This document shows positions 34,853 through 43,312 of a stretch of 64,000 bases of DNA, one piece after another. How positions within the stretch are numbered: the first letter of the stretch is position 1; every line of letters begins with the position of its first letter. The stretch comes from a virus. The notes beneath the pieces were generated by a model. The model made no database searches. It had not been told where the DNA came from and saw only the letters and a list, made by a program, of their open reading frames with translations. The stretch is taken from IMG/VR virus record IMGVR_UViG_3300028563_000012, positions 1 to 64,000 of that record. One strand, 5' to 3'. Position numbers and translations under genes: made by a program.

Positions 34853-36186
34853 GATGCCTCTGCTTGTGATTCGTCCGCTTCCGGTGATGTTTCTTGTGTG
34901 ATTTTGGCCACGGTGAAGTTGGTGGCAACACGAACCATGAAGCGGCTTGCTGATGAGCGTGCCTTGGCCACAAATAGGCTGCGCTTGTTGCCCATCTTCA
35001 CCTCAGCCACCGGTTGGCCGCGGTCGTTCAGCGGTGGATTTATGGAAATGATGGTGTCTGCGATACGTGCCTTGTCATAGCCCCAAGCTGCATTTTTGGA
35101 CGTCGCGATCTTGCCTTCTGACTCCTTGCCGGCTTGGATCACGGCCACGAGGAACACATTGGCATTTTTGGGATCGATCCAACCCTTCAACTGCTCGTAC
35201 AGCATCTTGTTGTACAGCGCAATGTTGTCCATGTTGGATGGCACTGCCAATTGGTCGGGCGAATCAAACACGATTTCATCGGGCACAAACCCTTCGCGCT
35301 TCAATCGCTCCACTTCCTTTTGTATTTCTGGCAACGTCGTGCTGGATACGCCGACATGGAGGATGCGCAGGTGTTTGTCCAGGTCAGTCTTGCGGCGCAT
35401 TGCCCAACTTTCCATGCCGGGTTGGAGACGTCGCCGCTGCAAGGATTTGGTCGGCTTGCCGCTGAAGCGGGCAACATAGCGCCAGCGGGTTGCGTCCTCA
35501 CCGTTTTCACTGTCGATGTGCAGAACGCGGTGCCCATGCTTCACAGCCGCATGACCGAAGTTCACTGCCAAAATGGACTTACCCATGTTGGTGTTGCCCA
35601 TGATGAGGCACATCTCACCCTTGGATCCACCGCCTTGAAGCTCTTCATCCAGCAACTCGAATCCGGTGGGGATGCCGCGCACCATCTCAGGGCCCTTTTG
35701 CCAATCATCCCAGTCAATCAAGCTCTTTGAGCGGATCCGCGGTGAGTTAGACACGGACTCGGCCGTGGCCCGGTTCATGACTTGGACGGCGCCCTCCAGG
35801 TTGCCCTTTTCCAGGTGCTTGTTGGCATGCTCGATGCCCGTAATCACCACGTCATGATGGAAACAGCGCAGCAGGAATTCACAGTCAGTTTTGAGTGATT
35901 CCGATGGCTCAATGTTGTATACAACCCGCAACACATCAGCCAGCGGAGCCTGCTGCTTCACAGGTTGCATGCGGATCATTCCCACCAGCGTTGAGACTGA
36001 TGGAGTCTCTGCCTTTTCATGGAATGATTTGAACTTTTCCCATATCCATGTCAAGCTTTCATCTGTCCATTGGTACGTGTCGAGCCATGACACCGCATCC
36101 ACCAACGCATCTCGGCTCTGCTTCGCCGCAGCGAGAACTTTCACCTCAACAGCACGTTGAGGATTGTCAATTTGTGTGATATCCAT
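34849..36186 (-). CDS. DnaB-like replicative helicase
   Basis: GIPTGFELLD, GNTNMGKS, SEN, FDSPD, IQ, AKAR. Confidence 0.9.
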   Translation of the reverse strand: MDITQIDNPQRAVEVKVLAAAKQSRDALVDAVSWLDTYQWTDESLTWIWEKFKSFHEKAETPSVSTLVGMIRMQPVKQQAPLADVLRVVYNIEPSESLKTDCEFLLRCFHHDVVITGIEHANKHLEKGNLEGAVQVMNRATAESVSNSPRIRSKSLIDWDDWQKGPEMVRGIPTGFELLDEELQGGGSKGEMCLIMGNTNMGKSILAVNFGHAAVKHGHRVLHIDSENGEDATRWRYVARFSGKPTKSLQRRRLQPGMESWAMRRKTDLDKHLRILHVGVSSTTLPEIQKEVERLKREGFVPDEIVFDSPDQLAVPSNMDNIALYNKMLYEQLKGWIDPKNANVFLVAVIQAGKESEGKIATSKNAAWGYDKARIADTIISINPPLNDRGQPVAEVKMGNKRSLFVAKARSSASRFMVRVATNFTVAKITQETSPEADESQAEAS

Positions 36187-36195
36187 GGCTTGGGG

Positions 36196-37650
36196 CTAAA
36201 AAATCCTGACAGCTTCACCTTCCCACATGCACCACTCCTGCCCGTTAGCATCTTTCCACAGCCCTGTCGGCATGTTGGGGTTGGGACGGTCTTTGGGGTG
36301 GACGTAATCGCGCACTGCCACCCCAAAGGCGCCAGCCAAACTTGAAAGCTGAATGAATTTCAGATGTTTCGGCTTGGACTCATTGGCTCTGTGGATGAAT
36401 TCCTCTTGCGTCACAGCCTGATCTTCAAGCCAGCATGCCAGCCAATTTTTCACAGCTAGTTTGGCATGCTCGGTGGTTGATGTGTTGTTGGCCAAGTCGT
36501 ATTCAGACGTTGTCTTGCCGGTAGTCTCAGACCACAGCTTGCGGTAAGCAGCCATGAAGCTCTTGGCCATGGTGGAAAACATCGCCTCTTTCAGGCGCTT
36601 GTACATCGGCGTCCGGAGTAGCTTGCGCACGTCTTCCGGCGGTAGGAGCATCGCTTTGGCGGAGATGTGCATGGTGTTCGCGATTGTGCCGTCGCTCAGC
36701 CGGGCCGTGATCTTGCCTTCGCCGTCTTCCGGCGGAGGAAGCGAGCCGGTGACGAGTCCGGGGTGCCTTGTTGTGCGTTGGATGCGGCCGCGCTCTGCCT
36801 TGGTCTTGCGTTCGACTGCTTCAGCCAGTGTGTGTGCATCCGACTTCGGCGCTGCTGCCGCTGCGCTGACGAGATCCGAGCGAAGCGAGGATCGAGGAAC
36901 AAGAGGAAGGCTTGAAGGATCTTTCTGCTTTTTCTTACTTTCTGCAGAGTTAGCTTTACTTAGCGTCGGGGAAACAGCGCGGCGCGGCGTGAAAGAAACT
37001 CTTTCGTCACTTGGCTTTGTTGGCAATTGCGGCTTGGAAACTCTTTCGTCACTGGAAACTCTTTCGTCACTGGGACGAAACTCTTTCGTCACTTGGCTTT
37101 GTTGGCGAATGTGACTTGGAAACTCTTTCGTCACTGGAAACTCTTTCGTCACTTGGCTTTGTTGGAGAATGTGACTTGGAAACTCTTTCGTCACTGGAAA
37201 CTCTTTCGTCACTTGGCTTTGTTGGAGAATGTGACTTGGAAACTCTTTCGTCACTGGAAATTGTTGGAGAATGCGACTTGGAAACTCTTTCGTCACTGGA
37301 AACTCTTTCGTCACTGGAAATTGTTGGAGAATGTACGTCCTAAAGACAACCCCGGCCGTGACTGACATCGTCCAGCTTTTTTGGAATCCTGTTGGGCGCA
37401 CGGCTTTGATGCTCACAGCGCCAGCATCTGTCCATTTGTCCATGAGTTTACGTAAAGTCACATGGCTGATCCCGAGCGCTGACGCTTGCTGCTCTTGGGT
37501 GGTTTCCTTGTGATTCATCCGCATCCACTTGCGAATAATAGGCACATCATTGATGGGTTTTGGTCCGCGCTTCGTCATGTGGTCGTTTTCCATAAATTGT
37601 GTGGCTCTCAATTCCAGTACAAGCCCAACTTTTTCTCTTCTTGGCGCCAA
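36196..37650 (-). CDS. Putative replication initiator (N-terminal wHTH, internal iterons); true start may be 37592
   Basis: HTH TQEQQASALGISHVTLRKL; repeat-rich linker; directly upstream of helicase and primase, as for lambda O. Confidence 0.7.
   Translation of the reverse strand: MAPRREKVGLVLELRATQFMENDHMTKRGPKPINDVPIIRKWMRMNHKETTQEQQASALGISHVTLRKLMDKWTDAGAVSIKAVRPTGFQKSWTMSVTAGVVFRTYILQQFPVTKEFPVTKEFPSRILQQFPVTKEFPSHILQQSQVTKEFPVTKEFPSHILQQSQVTKEFPVTKEFPSHIRQQSQVTKEFRPSDERVSSDERVSKPQLPTKPSDERVSFTPRRAVSPTLSKANSAESKKKQKDPSSLPLVPRSSLRSDLVSAAAAAPKSDAHTLAEAVERKTKAERGRIQRTTRHPGLVTGSLPPPEDGEGKITARLSDGTIANTMHISAKAMLLPPEDVRKLLRTPMYKRLKEAMFSTMAKSFMAAYRKLWSETTGKTTSEYDLANNTSTTEHAKLAVKNWLACWLEDQAVTQEEFIHRANESKPKHLKFIQLSSLAGAFGVAVRDYVHPKDRPNPNMPTGLWKDANGQEWCMWEGEAVRIF
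36995..37315. repeat. Iteron-like array, 11 x GAAACTCTTTCGTCACT (probable replication origin)
   Basis: Copies start at 36995, 37037, 37055, 37077, 37119, 37137, 37179, 37197, 37239, 37281 and 37299. Confidence 0.9.
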
Positions 37651-38042
37651 CGTTTCATCTTCTCAGCATTGTACTGGGCTGACTGCCTTGCTGCTCTTTG
37701 CATCTCGCGATGTCGAGTCTCAGGGCTGCGAAGATCCTCCATCAGGCCGATGTTGATGTAAAGCAATTCGCCGAAATTCGGGAACTCAGCGACAACCCGC
37801 GTTAGATGGAGGTGAGGGATCCCCTCGACCATCTTGATGAGCCCGCGGCGCTTCCATCCAGATACGAGCTTGGCGAGATGGTGGAGCGAGATGCGCAAGG
37901 CATGGGCTTGCTCAAGCTGGTTCAACCGGGCATGGTCCAGGAACATGTAGGCATGGAACCATCCGTGGTTGTCCTTGTCCTTCGGTGTCCTGGTTTTGCG
38001 TCGTCTCATGGCATTGAGGTAAAAGCGGGGAGTGTGACTCAA
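37608..38042 (-). CDS. wHTH protein paralogous to the initiator N-terminus
   Basis: NQLEQAHALRISLHHLAKLVSGWKRRGLI. Confidence 0.6.
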   Translation of the reverse strand: MSHTPRFYLNAMRRRKTRTPKDKDNHGWFHAYMFLDHARLNQLEQAHALRISLHHLAKLVSGWKRRGLIKMVEGIPHLHLTRVVAEFPNFGELLYINIGLMEDLRSPETRHREMQRAARQSAQYNAEKMKRWRQEEKKLGLYWN

Positions 38043-38204
38043 CCCCCATCTGTGGCAGCTCGCCTCCGCATGACAGAGCTGTTTATCGATTCCACAAAGT
38101 CACACTCCCCTGGAAAGTTGTCGCTGCTATGTAAAATCGTGGGCAGGTGAATCGTCATGCGGGGTATCTATTTTGCGGCTGCGACGGCGATGAGGGCAAG
38201 ATAT

Positions 38205-39623
38205 TCAGATCACGTTGACTGTAAAGCCTCGTAATCCTTTGTATAATCGCAGCTTGTTCAACGAGTGTGCCGCAAGATGACGTTGCCCGATGTCCATCAC
38301 ATCATAGAATTTCACACTAGTCTTGCCATGATGTGGGGTAAGGTTGCGCATGCGCTGGATGGCCGCAACCTCACTTTTCTGGCCTTCTGCGTTGATAACA
38401 ACTTCAATCTCGGGGATGTCAATGCCTTCGCCGAACACGGTGCCAATCAACACTTGGATATCACCTGCCTGGAATGCTTCAATCAACTTCCATCTCTTTG
38501 CAGATGGTGTTTTGCCGTGAACAACTTCGGCTTCCACGCCCATCGCGCTGATGTATCCGTACAGCTCCTTCATCTGGTCCAAGCGGCCGGTGTCTATTAG
38601 CACCCGCGTGCCTTCCCTGGCATGTTTCACGGCGACATCAGCCAAGAGCTTGTTGCGTGGCCTGCACGTGGCAACGCAGTCACGTACGACACGCTGCCAT
38701 GACCACCCTTTTACGCTTTGAGGGTGCTGAAAGCGTAGGAATGTGATATTGGGCGCCATGATCATCCCGGCCTTGATCAGGCGGCCCATCGATACACGGT
38801 ACAAGATCCCGCCGGTAACCGCCTTCATCCAGATGTTGGCGCTCTGATTCTCACGCAAGCGAGACACGAACACCGTGGCAGATAGGCCGATCTTGAACCA
38901 GGCATCACATTGCATGGCGATGTTGCGCCAAGCGGGCCCTTCCATGTGGTGATTTTCATCCACGAATAGCAAGTCAACGTTGGCCAATAGCCAAATGATA
39001 TCGGACTTGTGCTTGGATGAACCCAGGCCTGCCAAGAGCGATTGGATGGTGGCCACGGTCACCATCTCTTTCGTGTCGTATTCACCTTCACCAACCATCC
39101 CAATTTGGAATTCTTGGCCAAAGCACTCCTTGAATGCATTGATGGTCTGCCCGAGCAACAAATCAGATGGAACCACGAACAATGTGCGGCAACCCAAAGC
39201 CCGAGCGAGCGCGGCCGCGGTGCGTGTTTTGCCCGAGCGGATCGGCAGGTTGAGAATGCCTTTGCCTGAAAACACCCCACGATTCTTGAGAGCAGCCTTC
39301 ACCGCGGCTGATTGGTAGTCACGCAGTGGTTGGACGAGCCAAGGTGCCGTCCAAAGTCCCAAGGTTGGCTTGCGCCGCATGTCAACCATTTCGGCGCCGG
39401 GAAACTCAGCGCACACCTCGGACATCACACCCGTCGGAGCGATGTGATAATCGCCCTTGCGTGATTTTCGCAACAAATGCTCTCGCCCGTCCCAATATCC
39501 GTTGCGATATGCGTCACTGAATTCAGCACCGGCAACAGGATACGATGTCAGATCGTCAACCTGTTTCATCTCATCTTCGGTGCCCCAAACACGGCTCAAC
39601 GTGTTGGTTACTTCGACTTTCAT
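38205..39623 (-). CDS. Superfamily 2 helicase (UvsW/XPB-like)
   Basis: LRDYQ, RSGKT, TIQSL, DENHH, LSAT, EGIDIP, QR.R. Confidence 0.92.
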   Translation of the reverse strand: MKVEVTNTLSRVWGTEDEMKQVDDLTSYPVAGAEFSDAYRNGYWDGREHLLRKSRKGDYHIAPTGVMSEVCAEFPGAEMVDMRRKPTLGLWTAPWLVQPLRDYQSAAVKAALKNRGVFSGKGILNLPIRSGKTRTAAALARALGCRTLFVVPSDLLLGQTINAFKECFGQEFQIGMVGEGEYDTKEMVTVATIQSLLAGLGSSKHKSDIIWLLANVDLLFVDENHHMEGPAWRNIAMQCDAWFKIGLSATVFVSRLRENQSANIWMKAVTGGILYRVSMGRLIKAGMIMAPNITFLRFQHPQSVKGWSWQRVVRDCVATCRPRNKLLADVAVKHAREGTRVLIDTGRLDQMKELYGYISAMGVEAEVVHGKTPSAKRWKLIEAFQAGDIQVLIGTVFGEGIDIPEIEVVINAEGQKSEVAAIQRMRNLTPHHGKTSVKFYDVMDIGQRHLAAHSLNKLRLYKGLRGFTVNVI

Positions 39624-39640
39624 CTTGGATATTCTTTGCC

Positions 39641-39695
39641 AAAAGAAAACGCCGTCCAAGAGTCCGGTTGCCCGATGGTGCTCTCTTGGACGGCG
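39641..39695 (-). terminator. Intrinsic terminator at the end of the tail operon
   Basis: 13-bp stem CGCCGTCCAAGAG/CTCTTGGACGGCG, 20-nt loop, then TTTTCTTTT on the minus strand. Confidence 0.75.
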
Positions 39696-39740
39696 CCCCA
39701 ATGCCGATTACTTATTTGCGAAGCTGCGAATGCTAATTGG

Positions 39741-42005
39741 TCAAATGGATAGGCGTTTCACGTTCATGTTGAAGCCTTCGGCTGACATGAAGATGATGTC
39801 CCCGCTAACAGCATTCAGCTGGCTGAAGGTGAAGTTTGCTGGGATGAATGTTCTTTTCCTGAAGTGCATGTTGATTCTGGTTTGCGTTGACATGCCAATC
39901 GCGCCATCTCTTGCAAATGTGCCAACGATGTAGTTGGCGCTGTCGTATTGGCTTGCGACATTGCAAGCGAAAACAGGCACCAGACGCGGGTTGGTGTCGC
40001 ACGGGATGTAATGAGCATCCAACTCCATCATGGTCGACGGGGCAGGCGCGCCAACCATTGGGATGACTTCTGGCGAGCCTGAAACTGTGTCCGCGGTGTG
40101 GCAAAAGCCACTCGTGCCGTATATTGACACACCACCACCAAATTTTTGCGCATTGCAAGAATAAACCCAATCACCCTCAATGATGCAGCTGCGGTAGGAA
40201 AGCGTGGCTGCCGCCCGATACCCAATCCCGATGTACAGCGTTGCTGCTCTTGGAATGGTGTTGCCGCCGCTGTCAGTGATGTCGTTTACGGCGCGGCCGC
40301 GTGATGGCGCGACGCTGCAAGCAACGACTTTCAATGGGGCTGAGTTGGCTCTGTATGGCGTTGCGTACGCGTTTGCGAGTTGGCAGTGTCTTCCTCCGCA
40401 AAGGTAGATGTAGAATGGCACATCAGTCCCGGCGGGGGTGCCAGGTTGCAACGTCGATGAGATCTCTGCCGTGATCCCTTGGTCATTTGGAAAGTATTCA
40501 ATGCGCTCGCCATCAATCAACGGGATGTGCTCGACTCCAGCAGGCAACTTGATTACGGAATCCGTGGCGCTATTGACAAGCGACCAAACAGGCGTGCAGC
40601 CTGTCAGAATGCCGTGGAAGCTGCTGAATGGACCTTCGATCCTGCGATGGAGCAAGCGCACAAATCCAAAATCATAGGCAGTGGTGCCGCCGCCTGGAGG
40701 GACGGTGACTGCAAACAGCCCGATCTTGTTGCTTGGAACGGTTGGCAGAACAGGGGCACCGCTCGCTGTTCCGGTGATGATTGACAACGTGCACAAAGTT
40801 CCGGGCATGGCGGCAGCATTGACTGCCACAATGTCGTAACGCGTGTTCATAGCATCCGCAGCAGCGTGGAGCAAAGTGGCGGCAGCCCATGCTATTTCGC
40901 TGAAATCAGACATTCCAGGGCCCGTGCCACCAATTGGCGCATTTGCACTTCCAGCGTCGTAAATGACATGCAATCCAGTTCCTGCTGTTGCACCTGGGAC
41001 CTTCTGCAAAGCGGGTATTGGGGTCGAATCTCCGGCCATTCCTGAGATGATGGATCCATTCGCATCCAAAATATTGGAACGCTTGCCGCTATCACGCATG
41101 AAATTGTGCGTGTACGATTCAACCAGAGCAGCCTGGTCTGCGATCCCGTAAGGGGCCACTGATTGGCCGATGTTGTCGATGTTTCCGGTGGGGATGGGAG
41201 TGCTGGCGCTCACAGACAAAACATGCCCCAAGAACAAGATGCCAGAGCCTCCAAGCAACGGATGGACTGCGTGATCTGTGACCAACGGGCCCATGAGCAT
41301 GACTTGGTAGTCTGAGGCCGTAGTTGACGGAACGGTTTGACCACACCCGTTGGCGATGGTGACATAGTTACCGCCGCCATCATGGGCAATGGTGCCAATT
41401 TGGAACGCATTCTCAACCAAGACGCCACGGACAGCACCGGGACCGCCATCGGATGTCGACTTCAGCCAAACTCGAACACTGCGACCTGAATGGTCATCAG
41501 CGGAGGCCATCATGAATGCCGTGTTGACGTACATCTTGATCGATGTTCCGGCAGCAGTTACGCTGTCAGGATTGGCCAAATAACCCAACAACTCTATGTA
41601 GTTGGTGTACTCAGCATCGCCTGTTCGTGGGTTGGTCTCGATGCCGTTGTCCACTTCTACTTGGGTTGTTGCAATGTCATACGTCTTCGTGCCTGGTGGG
41701 ATTGGGACGTTTTGCAAGTCGGAGTGAGAACGATCACCAGCCGGACCGGAAAGCAATGACTGGATGATTCTGCCCAAGCCATCAGTGCCAATGAAATCAT
41801 CGACGGCTGCGATGTTGACATGGTTGTTTCCAGTCGGAACGATGCCGCCGTTGGTCAGATTCACAAACAAGCAGCTACGATTCCACAACCTTTTGGTCGC
41901 TGCTCTTTGCGATCCGATCAGGTAGTCCAAAATCCCCTGCTTCAAGGTGTCAAGCGGCAGGATCTTCTTGTTGTAGATTCTCGCATATTGATCAGTGGTT
42001 GGCAT
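39741..42005 (-). CDS. Putative tail fibre / baseplate-attached structural protein
   Basis: 754 aa, Gly/Thr/Ser beta-rich; follows the baseplate wedge genes. Confidence 0.55.
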   Translation of the reverse strand: MPTTDQYARIYNKKILPLDTLKQGILDYLIGSQRAATKRLWNRSCLFVNLTNGGIVPTGNNHVNIAAVDDFIGTDGLGRIIQSLLSGPAGDRSHSDLQNVPIPPGTKTYDIATTQVEVDNGIETNPRTGDAEYTNYIELLGYLANPDSVTAAGTSIKMYVNTAFMMASADDHSGRSVRVWLKSTSDGGPGAVRGVLVENAFQIGTIAHDGGGNYVTIANGCGQTVPSTTASDYQVMLMGPLVTDHAVHPLLGGSGILFLGHVLSVSASTPIPTGNIDNIGQSVAPYGIADQAALVESYTHNFMRDSGKRSNILDANGSIISGMAGDSTPIPALQKVPGATAGTGLHVIYDAGSANAPIGGTGPGMSDFSEIAWAAATLLHAAADAMNTRYDIVAVNAAAMPGTLCTLSIITGTASGAPVLPTVPSNKIGLFAVTVPPGGGTTAYDFGFVRLLHRRIEGPFSSFHGILTGCTPVWSLVNSATDSVIKLPAGVEHIPLIDGERIEYFPNDQGITAEISSTLQPGTPAGTDVPFYIYLCGGRHCQLANAYATPYRANSAPLKVVACSVAPSRGRAVNDITDSGGNTIPRAATLYIGIGYRAAATLSYRSCIIEGDWVYSCNAQKFGGGVSIYGTSGFCHTADTVSGSPEVIPMVGAPAPSTMMELDAHYIPCDTNPRLVPVFACNVASQYDSANYIVGTFARDGAIGMSTQTRINMHFRKRTFIPANFTFSQLNAVSGDIIFMSAEGFNMNVKRLSI

Positions 42006-42016
42006 CGTCGAACACC

Positions 42017-43300
42017 TCAGAAGTTGGCTGTTTTGTCAATCGTACCGCGGCGGCTGGTCCCGCTGCTCAGCTGAACAACCGCGTACCTCAATGGTAGTAT
42101 ATGGACTTCAGACATCCGAACCATTGCCGAATCACCAGAGAAGCTGAAGTTGATGCCACCTTGCTGGTTGGCCCCGGTCACCGTGACGCGATCACCGCTG
42201 GTGGGCAATATCAGGTTCCCATCGAGGTAGATTCGGGTGCCAGTGTTCGAGCCGTCGATCACGAACGACTCGATGCGGATGTTGAACCAAACTCCGGCCA
42301 TCAACTCGATGCGCGTGGCGTCATCTTGAGCGACCGTGACCCAGCTGCCGCCGGAATGAGACTGCAACATCACCCGTGTGCTGTTGGTTGATAGCACCAA
42401 GCGCATAGCTCCGACGGCGCCTGAGTTGGGCAGATACCATTGGAAGATGATGGCAGATGTCGAGCTGTTGAATTGGAAATCCGTCGAGATCTCGACATTC
42501 CCCAAGCCGGCCGGGGTTGTGCATGTGATGCGCGGCGTCAGCGTGACCCCGGCAGCGACTGTCATGACGTTGTTTGCAACAACGGGATCGGGGCCTGTCA
42601 CAACCCAAAGAGGCGCGCCTGTTCCTGACAAACTCATGTCATCCAAGAATTCCAACAATTGCACTTCGATTTTTTCACATATTGGTCGCTGGATCGCGAT
42701 CATGTCAAGCAACAACTCCTTGTCTGTGTTGCCCGTGTCCATGATTTTCAGCAGTGACCATGTGCTGGCATAACGGTCGATTGGTTGGATGTGAGTCGCC
42801 AAATACGTGCAATCGCCAGCAACGTCAACATTGTATGGCCCGCCAATTGCGTATGGCAGCGATGCGTCGCTGCTATTGTCTAATTCCAAACTGGTCTCAC
42901 CGCACACCCAGCGGTACTTGAACCAATCCAAATACACAGCAGAGCGCCCGGTGAGTGTGCGAATGGCCGAAAACAAGCCGGGAAGTGTTCCAAGCTGTTT
43001 CCAAAGCGACGGAGCGAGCTTCACGAGTTGGCGCAACTTCGCAGTGCTCAACCTTGACACAATATCATACAAGTCAGGCCCGAGTCCCACCAGATCCTTG
43101 TAATACCATAGCAAGTCATCCCGGACGCGATCCGGTGATATTTGGTCAAACAGGGCGATGATCTTCCCTTCGATCAGTTGGTGCTGGGCTTGGTTGCCGA
43201 GCATGAAGCGCTTTAGCAACTGCTTTGCGGCATCATCATCACGTAGCGGTTTGGCAATATTGCTGTATGCGTCAAATTGCCCTTGCCATTCAATTCCCAT
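42017..43300 (-). CDS. Baseplate wedge protein (P2 gpI/gp7-like) with ConA-like C-terminal domain
   Basis: LLKRFM..PD..DLL.Y...LVG..LRQLVK.A..LWK..GT..G; W..IRIE..R.YLDG. Confidence 0.75.
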   Translation of the reverse strand: MGIEWQGQFDAYSNIAKPLRDDDAAKQLLKRFMLGNQAQHQLIEGKIIALFDQISPDRVRDDLLWYYKDLVGLGPDLYDIVSRLSTAKLRQLVKLAPSLWKQLGTLPGLFSAIRTLTGRSAVYLDWFKYRWVCGETSLELDNSSDASLPYAIGGPYNVDVAGDCTYLATHIQPIDRYASTWSLLKIMDTGNTDKELLLDMIAIQRPICEKIEVQLLEFLDDMSLSGTGAPLWVVTGPDPVVANNVMTVAAGVTLTPRITCTTPAGLGNVEISTDFQFNSSTSAIIFQWYLPNSGAVGAMRLVLSTNSTRVMLQSHSGGSWVTVAQDDATRIELMAGVWFNIRIESFVIDGSNTGTRIYLDGNLILPTSGDRVTVTGANQQGGINFSFSGDSAMVRMSEVHILPLRYAVVQLSSGTSRRGTIDKTANF

Positions 43301-43312
43301 GTTGGCTGCCTA

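Noticed and set aside
36995-37315. CRISPR array
   Set aside because: Repeats are 17 bp, the intervening sequences are 1-25 bp and themselves repeated, the array is inside an ORF, and no cas genes are present.
38050-38200. Inverted repeats upstream of the wHTH genes (CCGCATGAC...GTCATGCGG)
   Set aside because: Short and widely spaced; could be chance, and no promoter consensus could be supported.
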